Positions 1-11,481 are shown, numbered from the stretch's first letter. The stretch is 64,000 nt of DNA from Bacteroidales bacterium (GCA_017509045.1 JAFWQP010000044.1:1499-65498), one strand, 5' to 3'. The notes: generated by a model not told the origin, from the sequence alone. A program made the numbers and translations.

Positions 1-543
1 CACCACTTCGCGCGGCACCACGGAACAGTAGACCATGCCCAGCAGGCTGAGGAAGGGGCTGAAAGGTTGGCGGAGGTGAATGGCGAAGGTGGTGTCGTCA
101 AGGGCTTGGAAGTGGTCGACCTCCTCGAAGACCCACCGTCCGGGCGATGCTACATCGGGGTCGAGGATGCGACGGAAGCTGTAGAGGAAATCGTGTGCGG
201 TGACAGGGCGTGTGGAGTCGGGTGTATTAAAGAGTTCGTTCTTATGAAAGTAGACATCGTTGCGGAGGGTGAAAGTGTAGGTCTTGCCATCAGGGCTGAT
301 GGTCCAACGCTTGGCGATGCAGGGTTGGGGTTGCAGTTGCTCGTCGAGTCGGATAAGGCCGTTGTAGAGCTGGCTACATCCCCAGATGATGGCTTGGTCT
401 TTGGCAAAGGCGGGGTCGAGGGTGGCGATGCCTGCCGACTCGTTGTAGCGAAAGATTTGCTTGTCGCTGTTGTCGGGGATATGGCAGCTGGCGAGGAGTA
501 CGACTCCCAGTAAGCACCATGCGATATGACGAATTCGTTTCAT
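1..543 (-). CDS. ABC transporter substrate-binding protein, family 5 (peptide/nickel type), lipoprotein. The 3' end runs off the left edge of the window
   Basis: Absent from the ORF track because there is no stop in the window. My reverse-complement translation from the ATG at 543-541 reads MKRIRHIAWCLLGVVLLASCHIPDNSDKQIFRYNESAGIATLDPAFAKDQ...IAKRWTISPDGKTYTFTLRNDVYFH. This gives a lipobox (LLASC) plus an SBP family 5-like N-terminus. The ATG overlaps the TGA of the preceding gene (ATGA). Confidence 0.65.
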   Translation of the reverse strand, partial: MKRIRHIAWCLLGVVLLASCHIPDNSDKQIFRYNESAGIATLDPAFAKDQAIIWGCSQLYNGLIRLDEQLQPQPCIAKRWTISPDGKTYTFTLRNDVYFHKNELFNTPDSTRPVTAHDFLYSFRRILDPDVASPGRWVFEEVDHFQALDDTTFAIHLRQPFSPFLSLLGMVYCSVVPREVV

Positions 544-1721
544 TTCACATTTGCCGACTTGTAGACCACTTTGCCGTCGACCAAGGTCATGACTACGCTT
601 TCGCCGTGGGTGGCATAGATTAGGTTGGAAGTCGGGTGACTGCTTGATTCTATGGTTGTTGGTATGGGGCTGTTGAGCTTGACAAGGACCAAGCAAGCGG
701 GTTGTCCGGGGGCGACGGTGTGCCCTAGTGTGGCGAGGGAGAGTATCTGCTCGGCAGGGGCGACGGTGGGGTCGCCGCGCCAACCTTTCTGTAGCAGGGC
801 GGCGGTCTTCATCACCTCTATCATGTCGAGGTTGTTGCTGGACGCCGAGCCGTCGGTGCCAAGGGTGACACGGGCACCGGCATCAATTAGTTCGAGCATG
901 GGGAAGCGGAAGCCGCTGCCTAGTTTTAGGTTGGAATTGGGGCAGTGGACGCAGGTGATGTGGTGGTCGCCGATGAGTTTGATTTCGTTGTCGGAGAGGT
1001 GTAGTGTGTGGGCGGCTATGATGTTGGTTCCCAGTTGGTCGAGGATGCCCAGTTGGTCGAGGTATTCCCATGGGCGGCAGCCGTGCTCACGCAGGCAGTC
1101 GTCCACCTCCTTCAGGGTCTCATTCATGTGGATGTGCATGGGCACGTGCAGTTCGACACAGGCGTCGGCACAGCGGCGCAATCCTTTTGCGCTCACCGTG
1201 TAGACGGAGTGCGGCGCGATGGAGAATCGAGGATTGATGGTTGATGATTGAGAATTAAGGATTTCCTTTTTTATGTTTTCGATTTCGTCGCCATCACCGA
1301 AGATGTTGTACCCCAACATGGCACGTATGCCGCTGTCTTTCACTGCCTGTGCCATTGCCGGCAGGCGGAAGTACATGTCGTTGAAGGCGGTGGTGCCTGT
1401 GGCGAGCATTTCGCGGCAGGCTTGGAGGGTGCCTTGGTACACAAGCTCGTCGTTGAGCTTTTGTTCGGCCGGCCAGATGTATTGGTTGAGCCAGATGTCG
1501 AGCGGCTGGTCATCGCCAAGTCCGCGGAAGAGGGTCATGGGCGCATGAGAGTGCATGTTGCACAGGCCTGGAAAGATGGCCAGTTCGGAGCAGTCGATGA
1601 CTTCTGCCTCTTGCGGTAGGGGATTCTTATTTGTCTCTTCTACATTAGTAATAAGGCCGTTGTCAATGGTGATGTCAACGGCCTTATTGTTAAGAATTGC
1701 GTTTTGCAGTATGGTCTTCAT
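540..1721 (-). CDS. Amidohydrolase of the chlorohydrolase / MTA-SAH deaminase (MtaD-like) family
   Basis: 393-aa ORF with metal-binding HSHAPMTLFRGLGDD near the N-terminus, then HIHMNET and GTDGSASSNNLD motifs typical of this amidohydrolase subgroup. There is a 4-nt ATGA overlap with atpC. Confidence 0.8.
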   Translation of the reverse strand: MKTILQNAILNNKAVDITIDNGLITNVEETNKNPLPQEAEVIDCSELAIFPGLCNMHSHAPMTLFRGLGDDQPLDIWLNQYIWPAEQKLNDELVYQGTLQACREMLATGTTAFNDMYFRLPAMAQAVKDSGIRAMLGYNIFGDGDEIENIKKEILNSQSSTINPRFSIAPHSVYTVSAKGLRRCADACVELHVPMHIHMNETLKEVDDCLREHGCRPWEYLDQLGILDQLGTNIIAAHTLHLSDNEIKLIGDHHITCVHCPNSNLKLGSGFRFPMLELIDAGARVTLGTDGSASSNNLDMIEVMKTAALLQKGWRGDPTVAPAEQILSLATLGHTVAPGQPACLVLVKLNSPIPTTIESSSHPTSNLIYATHGESVVMTLVDGKVVYKSANVK

Positions 1722-1954
1722 TGTACCAAAATCAGGATATCGTTTTTTTGTCCTTTCACTACGCCGCCGCGGATGTCGAAGGTCTTCGTTTCGTCGCCGT
1801 CGGTAACAAGGCGCAGGGTGCCCTTGGCGAGTGACGAAATGATAGGTGCGTGATTCTGCAGTATCTCGAACAAACCACCTGTGCCAGGCAGCTGCAAGAG
1901 CTTAGCCTCGCCTTCGAAGAGGGTGGTGTCGGGTTTGGTGATTTTAACTTTCAT
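1718..1954 (-). CDS. atpC: F1 ATP synthase epsilon subunit, short form (beta-sandwich only)
   Basis: Product MKVKITKPDTTLFEGEAKLLQLPGTGGLFEILQNHAPIISSLAKG... resembles the epsilon N-terminal domain. The ATG at 1954 lies 15 nt after the atpD stop. The ORF-track start at 1969 is an upstream alternative. Confidence 0.8.
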   Translation of the reverse strand: MKVKITKPDTTLFEGEAKLLQLPGTGGLFEILQNHAPIISSLAKGTLRLVTDGDETKTFDIRGGVVKGQKNDILILVQ

Positions 1955-1969
1955 AGCGCAAGCCCTCAA

Positions 1970-3478
<1,509 letters not shown>

Positions 3479-3610
3479 TTATGTAGTATTTTTTGTTTGC
3501 AAAAAGAGGGGGCGCATGACCCATTTTGAAAGTGCGAAATTACAATTTTATTTGAAAATAGAAAAATTTTTAACACAAAAAAAATATTAACACTTTTCAA
3601 CCATCTAGTT

Positions 3611-4717
3611 CTATGATAGTTTATATATTCTCCCCGGAAGGCATCGGATGACTTTTTTTAGCTCTAATTCCAACATTATGGAGGCTATTTTGGGCAAAGG
3701 TAGGTCGCTTTGGCGGTCAATTTCGTCCATAGTCATCTCGTTGTTTAGGGTTAGAAGATCCACTATGGCCTGCTCGTTGGGGGAGAGGGTGGCAAAAAGG
3801 CTCTGCTGCTGTTCTTTACGACGGCGCTTGTCGAATGTGTTTTTCCATCCCATTTGGAAGTAGAGGTCGCCGGCGTTGCGTATCATTATCGCCTTGTTGT
3901 TGACAATAAGGTTGTTGCAGCCTTCGGATGTGGTGTCGTCCAACCGTCCCGGAACAGCAAAAACTTCGCGGTTGTAGCTGCTGGCTATGTTGGCAGTAAT
4001 TAATGCGCCGCCCCGCTCGGCAGCCTCTACTACCACGGTGGCATCGGCCAAGGCAGCTATGATGCGGTTGCGAGCAGGGAAGTTGGTTGGTTTTATCTCT
4101 GTGTGCAGCGGATATTCCGTGATGAGGGCGCCGCCTTGCTCCACGATGCGTTTGGCAAGGCCGCGGTTTTGGATAGGGTAGATGATGTCCAACCCATGCC
4201 CGAGCACTGCCACTGTGGGCAAGGCATTGTCGACTGCAGCGGTGTGTGCCGCTGTGTCGATACCATACGCAAGACCACTTACTATCAGAGGTTTGTCGGC
4301 CGACATCTCTTCGACAAGATGGGTGGTGGTGGTTCTTCCGTAGTCGGTTGCTTTGCGTGAGCCTACTAGCGCGACGTGGTGCTGCATGTTGAGGTCGCAC
4401 TGTCCGAGGCGGTATAGCAGCACGGGCGAATCCTCGCACCCCGCAGTGTTGAGCCGCTGGGGGTAGGCGGGGTCGGTGAAAAAGAGAATGTCGATATGGT
4501 ATTTTGCTGCCTCGGCGATGAACTTTTCGGCTTGAGGAAGAGTGGTTTTGTTGGCAATGGCATCGATGACTCCCTCGTGTTTGCCGAAGATTTCTTTCAA
4601 CTGAGGGCGCGACATAGCAAATAGGGCATCCACATCAGGGCTGATGTCAAGCAGCTGGCGGATGCTCTTGGAGCCAAGGCCAGGGATTAGGGTTAGGGAT
4701 ATGGGATAGGGAGACAA
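3611..4717 (-). CDS. dprA: DNA-processing protein DprA
   Basis: 368 aa with the DprA Rossmann core (VSGLAYGIDTAAHTAAV, NFPARNRIIAALADATVVVEAAERGGALITA) and a C-terminal winged-helix-like tail. The only start upstream of the conserved LTLIPGLG motif is the TTG at 4717. Confidence 0.88.
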   Translation of the reverse strand: MSPYPISLTLIPGLGSKSIRQLLDISPDVDALFAMSRPQLKEIFGKHEGVIDAIANKTTLPQAEKFIAEAAKYHIDILFFTDPAYPQRLNTAGCEDSPVLLYRLGQCDLNMQHHVALVGSRKATDYGRTTTTHLVEEMSADKPLIVSGLAYGIDTAAHTAAVDNALPTVAVLGHGLDIIYPIQNRGLAKRIVEQGGALITEYPLHTEIKPTNFPARNRIIAALADATVVVEAAERGGALITANIASSYNREVFAVPGRLDDTTSEGCNNLIVNNKAIMIRNAGDLYFQMGWKNTFDKRRRKEQQQSLFATLSPNEQAIVDLLTLNNEMTMDEIDRQSDLPLPKIASIMLELELKKVIRCLPGRIYKLS

Positions 4718-4718
4718 A

Positions 4719-4823
4719 TTAAATTGAGAATTGAGAATTTAGAATTGGCTGGCGCGTTTGTTTAATTGAGAATTTAGAATTGAGAATTGAGAATTGGCTG
4801 GCGCGTTTGTTTAATTGAGAATT
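4719..4823. repeat. GAGAATT heptamer tract containing a 49-bp tandem duplication
   Basis: agaattggctggcgcgtttgtttaattgagaatt occurs at 4741 and again at 4790, embedded in aattgagaattgagaatt heptamers between dprA and the NUDIX gene. Confidence 0.8.
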
Positions 4824-4855
4824 GCTTGTCTTTTTAGTTTTTTTGTTTATACTTT

Positions 4856-5461
4856 TCACTTTACTTTTGTGGCGACTAGTCGGAGGCTGGCGAAGGAGTG
4901 GATGAGGCGGTTGAGACATTCTTCTCGTGGCAGCCAAATGGCTTGTGTGATGCCCTCTTCGCGTTGTGGGATGGTTGTGTCTTTGTCGGGTGAGTTCATG
5001 GCAAACCAGCTGGTTTGCTTCAGATGCCAGCCACCATACTTGTCGTAGATGTGGTAGGTCTTTGTTATCAGGTGGTTGAGTGATGCATTGCGGATGCCTG
5101 TCTCTTCCGCCACTTCGCGGAGGGCGGCTTCTGCTAAGGTCTCACCAGGCTCCACCATTCCTTTGGGTAGGTCCCAACGGCCTTCGCGGAAGATCGCCAG
5201 CAACTCGCCGTCGGGGGCTTCCACGATACCTCCAGCCGCTTTGACAAAACGATAATGGGAGTTGAGGTAATTGTGTAAGTGTTTGATACCATGATTTCCA
5301 TGAAGCAAGACATTGTTGCCTTCGCACAGCTGGGCAAAACAGTCATCTAGCCGATTGTCGTCCATCACAACGCATGAGTTGCACACTGGATTTTGGCCGT
5401 CGCCATCACCGGTGTCGTAGAAGAGGTAGTTGTCGAGGTATGAAATGGTAATTGCTTTCAT
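4856..5461 (-). CDS. NUDIX hydrolase
   Basis: Nudix box GMVEPGETLAEAALREVAEETGI in a 201-aa ORF. Confidence 0.85.
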   Translation of the reverse strand: MKAITISYLDNYLFYDTGDGDGQNPVCNSCVVMDDNRLDDCFAQLCEGNNVLLHGNHGIKHLHNYLNSHYRFVKAAGGIVEAPDGELLAIFREGRWDLPKGMVEPGETLAEAALREVAEETGIRNASLNHLITKTYHIYDKYGGWHLKQTSWFAMNSPDKDTTIPQREEGITQAIWLPREECLNRLIHSFASLRLVATKVK

Positions 5462-5669
5462 CAGTAATTGATAACGGCCGCAGTGTAAAAATATTTTCCA
5501 TCATCAGAAAAAAACTCCTCTAGGAGGGCATACGGACATATTTCGGATGTGCCTAATAGTTTGATTCCAAAGTGAGAACGATTGACAGCTGGAGTGGGAG
5601 GGATGTGTTGCTGATGTCAAAAAAATAGACGTTTAGAATATAATTTTCTCACCAATGAAAAAAAATGTG

Positions 5670-5677
5670 TATCTTTG
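5670..5677 (+). promoter_or_regulatory. Bacteroidota -7 promoter box (TATCTTTG) for pyrE
   Basis: Exact match to TAnnTTTG, 23 nt upstream of the ATG at 5700. It lies inside the longer ORF-track reading frame. Confidence 0.55.
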
Positions 5678-5699
5678 CGGTATGAAAACTAACGACAAC

Positions 5700-6335
5700 A
5701 TGGCCGTGCAGATGGCCAATTTCTTACTGCAAGTCAAAGCGATAAAGCTTAACAACGAACATCCTTTCACATGGGCGTCGGGGCGCAAATCACCTATTTA
5801 TTGCGACAACCGAGTGACTCTGTCCTATCCCGAAATCCGTACCTTCATCCGTCAGAGTTTTGTGGAGGTGATCAATAAAACATGGTGTGGCATCGACGTG
5901 ATAGCCGGTGTGGCGACGGGTGGCATTGCCCAGGGCGCATTGGTTGCCCAGGAGCTGGGATTGCCCTTTGTATACGTGCGTTCCGAGGCAAAGAGCCACG
6001 GATTGACCAACCAGATTGAAGGTGAGATACACGAAGGTCAGTCGGTGGTGGTCATTGAGGACCTGGTGTCGACAGGCAAGAGCAGCCTTATCGCCGTCAA
6101 TGCGTTGAGAGAGCGCGGCTGCAACGTGAAGGGCATGGTGGCCATCTTCACATACGGCTTGGACGTGGCTGCAAAGAATTTCGAGGAAGCCAATGTAGAA
6201 CTGCATACGCTGACCAACTACGATACCTTGATTGACGTGGCGTGCCAAGAAGAGTATATCCGTGCTGCCGACCAAGAGTCGCTTGCCAACTGGCGCAAGA
6301 ACCCCGAGGCATGGAGCGACGCGCACATGGCATAG
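5700..6335 (+). CDS. pyrE: Orotate phosphoribosyltransferase
   Basis: MAVQMANFLLQVKAIKL...FTWASGRKSPIYCDNR plus PRPP-binding VVVIEDLVSTGKS. I chose the start at 5700 because the -7 box at 5670-5677 sits inside the 5655 extension. Confidence 0.9.
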   Translation: MAVQMANFLLQVKAIKLNNEHPFTWASGRKSPIYCDNRVTLSYPEIRTFIRQSFVEVINKTWCGIDVIAGVATGGIAQGALVAQELGLPFVYVRSEAKSHGLTNQIEGEIHEGQSVVVIEDLVSTGKSSLIAVNALRERGCNVKGMVAIFTYGLDVAAKNFEEANVELHTLTNYDTLIDVACQEEYIRAADQESLANWRKNPEAWSDAHMA

Positions 6336-6367
6336 CCGCTAGGCATTTAGAATCCTGCATACGTTAG

Positions 6368-7405
6368 ATGAAAAGACTGTCTGCCATATTGTTTTTGCTA
6401 GTCTGCAGCTATGCACTGTGGGCACAGAAGGTGACGGACGTGTCGTTTGTACTTAAAGGTGACACGCTGACAATCAGCTATTCGCTCGACAAACCTGCCG
6501 ATATCTGCGTCCGTGTAGCGATTGACAACGGGCGATATACTGAGCCACTCAAGGGGATGACAGGTGCAGTGGGCAAGGGTGTGAAGGCAGGCGAAGGGCT
6601 GACCATCACGGCGGTGAATCTGCCCGAGATACGTGGCGTGGAGCCGGAGGCATTGTCGTTTATGGTTGAAGTGGACGATGGTGCCTTGTTGGTGTATGTG
6701 GGTGACCGCTATTTCCGCATGATGCCGGTGGAGGGTGGCAGTTTTACGATGGGCTGCACGCATCCACGAGGCGAGAAACACACTTACGCCGATGAGCTGC
6801 CCACTCACCGTGTGACGCTGAACGGCTACTATATAGGACAATATGAGGTGACACAAGGGCTGTGGGCTTCGGTGATGGGTGAGAACCCCTCGAAATGGAC
6901 AGGCAACGACAGCCTTCCTGTGGAGCAGGTGTCGTGGAACGACGTGCAGATATTCATCGCACGACTGAGTCAGACGACCGGCTACCGCTTCCGTCTGCCG
7001 ACAGAGGCGGAATGGGAGTTTGCGGCACGTGGGGGTGTGCGAGGACACAACACCATCTATCCTGGCACTCAGAGCCAGCCGTGGGAAGTGTGCTGGTTTG
7101 GTACTAACAGCGGAGGACACAGCCATCCGGTAGGGCGTTTGAAACCTAACGAACTGGGTCTATACGACATGGGTGGCAACGTAATGGAGTGGTGTAGCGA
7201 CTGGATGAATGCATATACGTCGCAGCCGCAGAACTGTCCACAAGGCCCCAAAGAGGGTGAGAACCGCATACTGCGCGGTGGCTGCTTCAATAGCCCCACG
7301 TGGGGTTGCAGCGTGTTTGAGCGCAGCTGGTATCTGCCAGATTTCGGCTACAGCTTCTATGGCTTCCGTTTGGTACTCGACAGCGCCGAACGCGATGACG
7401 ACTAG
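6368..7405 (+). CDS. Secreted formylglycine-generating enzyme (FGE/SUMF1) family protein
   Basis: Signal peptide, then FGE-type motifs HRVTLNGYYIGQYEVTQGLW, LPTEAEWEFAARGG, NELGLYDMGGNVMEWCSDW and RILRGGCF. Confidence 0.85.
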   Translation: MKRLSAILFLLVCSYALWAQKVTDVSFVLKGDTLTISYSLDKPADICVRVAIDNGRYTEPLKGMTGAVGKGVKAGEGLTITAVNLPEIRGVEPEALSFMVEVDDGALLVYVGDRYFRMMPVEGGSFTMGCTHPRGEKHTYADELPTHRVTLNGYYIGQYEVTQGLWASVMGENPSKWTGNDSLPVEQVSWNDVQIFIARLSQTTGYRFRLPTEAEWEFAARGGVRGHNTIYPGTQSQPWEVCWFGTNSGGHSHPVGRLKPNELGLYDMGGNVMEWCSDWMNAYTSQPQNCPQGPKEGENRILRGGCFNSPTWGCSVFERSWYLPDFGYSFYGFRLVLDSAERDDD

Positions 7406-7436
7406 CATATTACCAACCACATAATAAACGCATACC

Positions 7437-7973
7437 ATGGAAAAAATCCAAGTTTTAGACAAGACTTTCCGCCTCTATATGCCGGAGGCTGAGATTCAGG
7501 CAACGGTTAAGCGCCTGGCTGACGAGCTGTCGCGCGACTTCAAAGGCAAAGACCCTATTTTATGTCCCGTTCTGACAGGTAGTTATCTGTTTGTGGCTGA
7601 CTTGACCCGTGAAATGGATTTCGACGCACAAGTGTCGTTTGTTCGCTACACCTCTTATGAAGGATTGGAGTCGACAGGCGAGGTGACCAAGGTGATGGGA
7701 TTTCCCGACAGATGTACAGGTCGCGATGTGATTATTGTTGAAGATATTGTGGATAGCGGCATCTCCATGGAGTTTATGATTAACGAGTTGAAAAAACGTG
7801 AACCTGCCAGCATTTCCATCTGCACCTTCTTCTTCAAACCAGGCAACTTCAAGAAGGACTTCAAGATTGACTATGTGGGTAAGTCGATAGCCAACGACTT
7901 TATTGTTGGCTATGGCCTTGACTACAGCGGGCAAGGCAGAACCTATCGTGACGTATATATTTTAGACAGATGA
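7437..7973 (+). CDS. hpt: Hypoxanthine phosphoribosyltransferase
   Basis: 178 aa with PRPP-binding motif DVIIVEDIVDSGIS and C-terminal FIVGYGLDY. Confidence 0.9.
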   Translation: MEKIQVLDKTFRLYMPEAEIQATVKRLADELSRDFKGKDPILCPVLTGSYLFVADLTREMDFDAQVSFVRYTSYEGLESTGEVTKVMGFPDRCTGRDVIIVEDIVDSGISMEFMINELKKREPASISICTFFFKPGNFKKDFKIDYVGKSIANDFIVGYGLDYSGQGRTYRDVYILDR

Positions 7974-8353
7974 AAAATAGGACATTAGCGGCATTGCTGC
8001 TGCTGGCGTTTATGCCGATGTTGCTTGTCAGTTGTACCGAAGAGGTGAAACCTGTGGAGGTAAATGACTCTTTGTTGATAGGCAAGTGGCAGAAAGAGAC
8101 CAATATGCAAGAGTATTGGCGTTACGATGCCGACTCCACGGGCGAGACATGGGACGAGTCAGAGGATGTACAGGAGGGCGAGGGCATCAAGTTCAATTGG
8201 TCGACAGAAGAAGACCAACTGCGCCTTGACTTCTACGGGGAGATGGGACAACATGTCTATTACGACTATACGGTGGTGACACAAACTGAGTCACGGCTGG
8301 AGTGGAAGGATATTTATGGCAATAAGCAGGTGTTTCTAAAGAAACTATCATGA
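7970..8353 (+). CDS. Small lipoprotein of unknown function
   Basis: Lipobox MLLVSC. 4-nt overlaps with hpt upstream and with the next gene downstream. Confidence 0.5.
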   Translation: MKNRTLAALLLLAFMPMLLVSCTEEVKPVEVNDSLLIGKWQKETNMQEYWRYDADSTGETWDESEDVQEGEGIKFNWSTEEDQLRLDFYGEMGQHVYYDYTVVTQTESRLEWKDIYGNKQVFLKKLS

Positions 8354-11300
8354 AAAAAGGTTGGAAAATAGCACTAATCTCACTAGGTTCTCTGTTGGGA
8401 TTGGTTGCGATAGTGGTGGCTGTGGCTTGTTGGCTGCTGTTCACCCCTGCGAGGCTGACTGCTATCGTCAATAAGTTGGCAGACGACCACTTATTGTGTG
8501 AGAATCATTTTGAACGGGTCGACCTGTCGCTTTTCAAAACATGGCCCAATGTGGGTGTGGAGGTGGAGAATGTGGTGCTGGTGAACCCATACGAATTGCC
8601 CAAAGACAACGCGTTGGCTGTTAACGCAGTGCAGAACGACACGTTGGCGCGCATCCGCTCGCTGACGGTGGGATTGGATTTGAAGGCATTCCTCAAAAAC
8701 CGTTCAATCATTGTGCGGCAGTTGAGAGTGGACGATGTGGTTGCCAATCTGTATACCGCACCCGATGGCTGGAGCAACCTCGACATATTCGCTAAGAACG
8801 AGGAGGAGGAAGAGGACACCACCAGCTCTGGCCTTCCCGAAACGATACAATTAGAAAAGATTGTGGTGAACAACCTTGCTGCACAGTACTGCAACCTGCA
8901 GCAACAGATGTTGGCAAGAGCCGAAAATCTCGACCTGAACCTGAAAGGGTCGTGGGTGGAGAAGCAAATCGATGCCGACCTGTCGTTGGATGTTGCCTGC
9001 TTGCTAGTGGACATGCGCGACAGTGTGGGAAATCCCAATATCTATGCCGAGTTGGACAATCCTGTGGTCGAGTTGGATGCCAAAGGTGGCATGAGCGATT
9101 TGGTGGGTAAGTTGAAGTTGATGCTGCCCGGTGGGAGTGTGGTGATGGGGGATAAGTCGTTTGTAACGGAGGCGATGAAGGACTCGCGTCACGACCTGCT
9201 GACGGTGAAGATGCCTTTCCGTGCCGACTTGGACAACAAGAAGATTACTTTGCAAGAGAAGAGCTCTATCTCTTTGCTTGATTATGATATAGACCTTGCG
9301 GGCGATGTGGCTCTTGCCAACAACAATGATCCGATGCGGGTGGATGTGAGCTATCGTCTCGACGATTGGAAAGTAGGCGAACTGCTTGAATTGCTGCCCA
9401 CGTTTGTCACACAAAGCCTGAAAGGCATGGATGTGGATGCTCGTTTGGGCATCAATGGTACCGCCCAAGGTGTGGTGGCTGAAGGCCGGCTGCCTATGAT
9501 TAATGCCGACGTGACACTGAAGAAAGGCTCATTTTCGGCACCTAAGATGTTGCCCATGCCTGTGAAGGACATCAATGCCGACTTGGGTGTAAAACTCTGT
9601 CTTTCCACTGCCGAAGGTTATGTGGTGGTGCCCTCGACAATAACAATCCGCAGTATCACTGCCAAGACAATGAAAAGCAACCTGGCAGTTGAAGGCACTG
9701 TGGATAAATATGAGGATATGTTGATTGATGCCCGCATCAAGGGCAACCTTAACCTACCCGATTTGCAGACGTTCTTGCCTGATACTATGCCTATTGCGCT
9801 TGAAGGCTCGTCGAAGATAAACCTGCATGTGAAAAGTTGGCTTGAGTCGCTCAAAAAGCTTAACTTAGAAAAGATTCATGCCAATGGCACGTTGGATTTC
9901 AGTAAACTGGATGTGCATTACGACAGCATTCATGCCACCTCGCAAAGCCTCAAGCTGGCTGTATCACTGCCCAAAGCAGGTGGCAAGACAAAAGCCAAAG
10001 TGCATGAATTGATTGGTGCCCGCATCACGGGTGGACAACTGAATGTGGAGATGGCACAGAATGGCTTAAACGCACATGTTGTCGACCCCGACATCAATGT
10101 GGGACTGCCTAATATCTTAGACAAGAAGCAGGCACTCGCCGCCGCTTTCGACATCAAATTCAGCAAGGTGAACGCCGAAATGGATTCGATGATTGTATAC
10201 TCCGACACGCTGAAACTGAAGGGCAGCGTGCGCAACGATAAGAATCAGAACAATGTATTGAAACAGTGGAATCCCGATGTGGACATCGACATATTGCGCG
10301 GCGTGTTGGCAATGAACAGCATGTCGGAGGCGGTGCGTTTGACCAACTTCGAGTTCAACTACAAGCCTGAGGTGTGCAACATCTCACGTGCCGACATCTT
10401 GTGGGGCGTATCGGATTACCACCTCTCGGGCAAGGTCTATGGCGTTGAAGATTGGCTCGACCACAAGGCAATGCTTCAGGGCACGCTTGATTTCGGCTCG
10501 CAATATGCCGACATCGACCAGTTGATGGGCATCCTCAGCGGCATGGATAGTGACGAAGACACCTTGCAGCAGCAACGTGTGGAAGACAATGTGCCCAAAG
10601 AGGCGAACCCCTTCATTGTTCCGAAGGATGTTGATGTGAAGCTTAATACTCATGTCACTAGATGTATAGCCTTTGGTAACGACCTTCATGATTTGGGAGG
10701 CTCCGTGACTGTCAACGATGGCACCGCCATTCTCGAACAGGTCGGTTTCACCTGTAAGGCAGCGCGTATGCAGCTGACAGGCATATATAGGTCACGCCGT
10801 GTAAACCATCTGGAAATAGGCCTCGACTTCCATTTGCTCGACATCGACATTGATGAGTTGCTCGACATGATACCCTCTATCGACACGGTGGTTCCTATGC
10901 TGGCAGCATTCAAGGGCAAGGCAAACTTCCACATGGCTGTCAACGGTGCGTTGGATGCTTTCTACAAACCTAAGATGAGCACACTTGTCGGTGCTGCTGC
11001 TATCAGTGGCAATGACTTAGTGGTTATGGACAACTCCACTGTCGCCACAATGGCTCGTTTACTACAATTCAAGAATTGGCGCGAAAAAGACAACAATATC
11101 TCTATCGACAGCATCAGTGTGGAAGCTACTGTGCTCCGCAAAGAAATCAAAGTGTATCCCTTCTTGCTGAACCTGCATAACTACCAGCTATGCATCGATG
11201 GTCGGCACTCGCTTGAGAACGATTGCAACTACCACCTCGAACTGCTTAAATGCCCGCTGCCGGCACGACTGGCCATCGATGTAGCGGGCAACATCAGCAA

Positions 11301-11433
11301 GCCCCAGATTTCATTAGGTAAGGTGATGTACCCCGAACTCTACCTGCCTGAGCCGAGCAACAAACTGTCGGCACGCACTTTGGAAATCAAAAATCTGGTG
11401 CGCCAAGCGTTAGAGAAGAATGTCAAGAAGTGA
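8350..11433 (+). CDS. AsmA/TamB-like large envelope protein
   Basis: 1027 aa with a single N-terminal TM anchor (IALISLGSLLGLVAIVVAVACWLLF) followed by a long beta-rich region. Assigned by overall organisation only. Confidence 0.55.
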   Translation: MKKGWKIALISLGSLLGLVAIVVAVACWLLFTPARLTAIVNKLADDHLLCENHFERVDLSLFKTWPNVGVEVENVVLVNPYELPKDNALAVNAVQNDTLARIRSLTVGLDLKAFLKNRSIIVRQLRVDDVVANLYTAPDGWSNLDIFAKNEEEEEDTTSSGLPETIQLEKIVVNNLAAQYCNLQQQMLARAENLDLNLKGSWVEKQIDADLSLDVACLLVDMRDSVGNPNIYAELDNPVVELDAKGGMSDLVGKLKLMLPGGSVVMGDKSFVTEAMKDSRHDLLTVKMPFRADLDNKKITLQEKSSISLLDYDIDLAGDVALANNNDPMRVDVSYRLDDWKVGELLELLPTFVTQSLKGMDVDARLGINGTAQGVVAEGRLPMINADVTLKKGSFSAPKMLPMPVKDINADLGVKLCLSTAEGYVVVPSTITIRSITAKTMKSNLAVEGTVDKYEDMLIDARIKGNLNLPDLQTFLPDTMPIALEGSSKINLHVKSWLESLKKLNLEKIHANGTLDFSKLDVHYDSIHATSQSLKLAVSLPKAGGKTKAKVHELIGARITGGQLNVEMAQNGLNAHVVDPDINVGLPNILDKKQALAAAFDIKFSKVNAEMDSMIVYSDTLKLKGSVRNDKNQNNVLKQWNPDVDIDILRGVLAMNSMSEAVRLTNFEFNYKPEVCNISRADILWGVSDYHLSGKVYGVEDWLDHKAMLQGTLDFGSQYADIDQLMGILSGMDSDEDTLQQQRVEDNVPKEANPFIVPKDVDVKLNTHVTRCIAFGNDLHDLGGSVTVNDGTAILEQVGFTCKAARMQLTGIYRSRRVNHLEIGLDFHLLDIDIDELLDMIPSIDTVVPMLAAFKGKANFHMAVNGALDAFYKPKMSTLVGAAAISGNDLVVMDNSTVATMARLLQFKNWREKDNNISIDSISVEATVLRKEIKVYPFLLNLHNYQLCIDGRHSLENDCNYHLELLKCPLPARLAIDVAGNISKPQISLGKVMYPELYLPEPSNKLSARTLEIKNLVRQALEKNVKK

Positions 11434-11470
11434 TTAACACATTAACCTAGTAACGCATTAACGTATTAAC
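11433..11470. repeat. 8-bp phased ATTAAC repeat, 5 copies
   Basis: attaac/agtaac begins at 11433, 11441, 11449, 11457 and 11465, between the stop of the AsmA-like gene and the next start. Confidence 0.7.
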
Positions 11471-11481
11471 ACATTCATAAT

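Noticed and set aside
5655-5699. Upstream starts for pyrE (MKKNVYLCGMKTNDN...)
   Set aside because: A consensus -7 promoter box (5670-5677) lies inside this extension, and PyrE homology starts at MAVQMANFLL.
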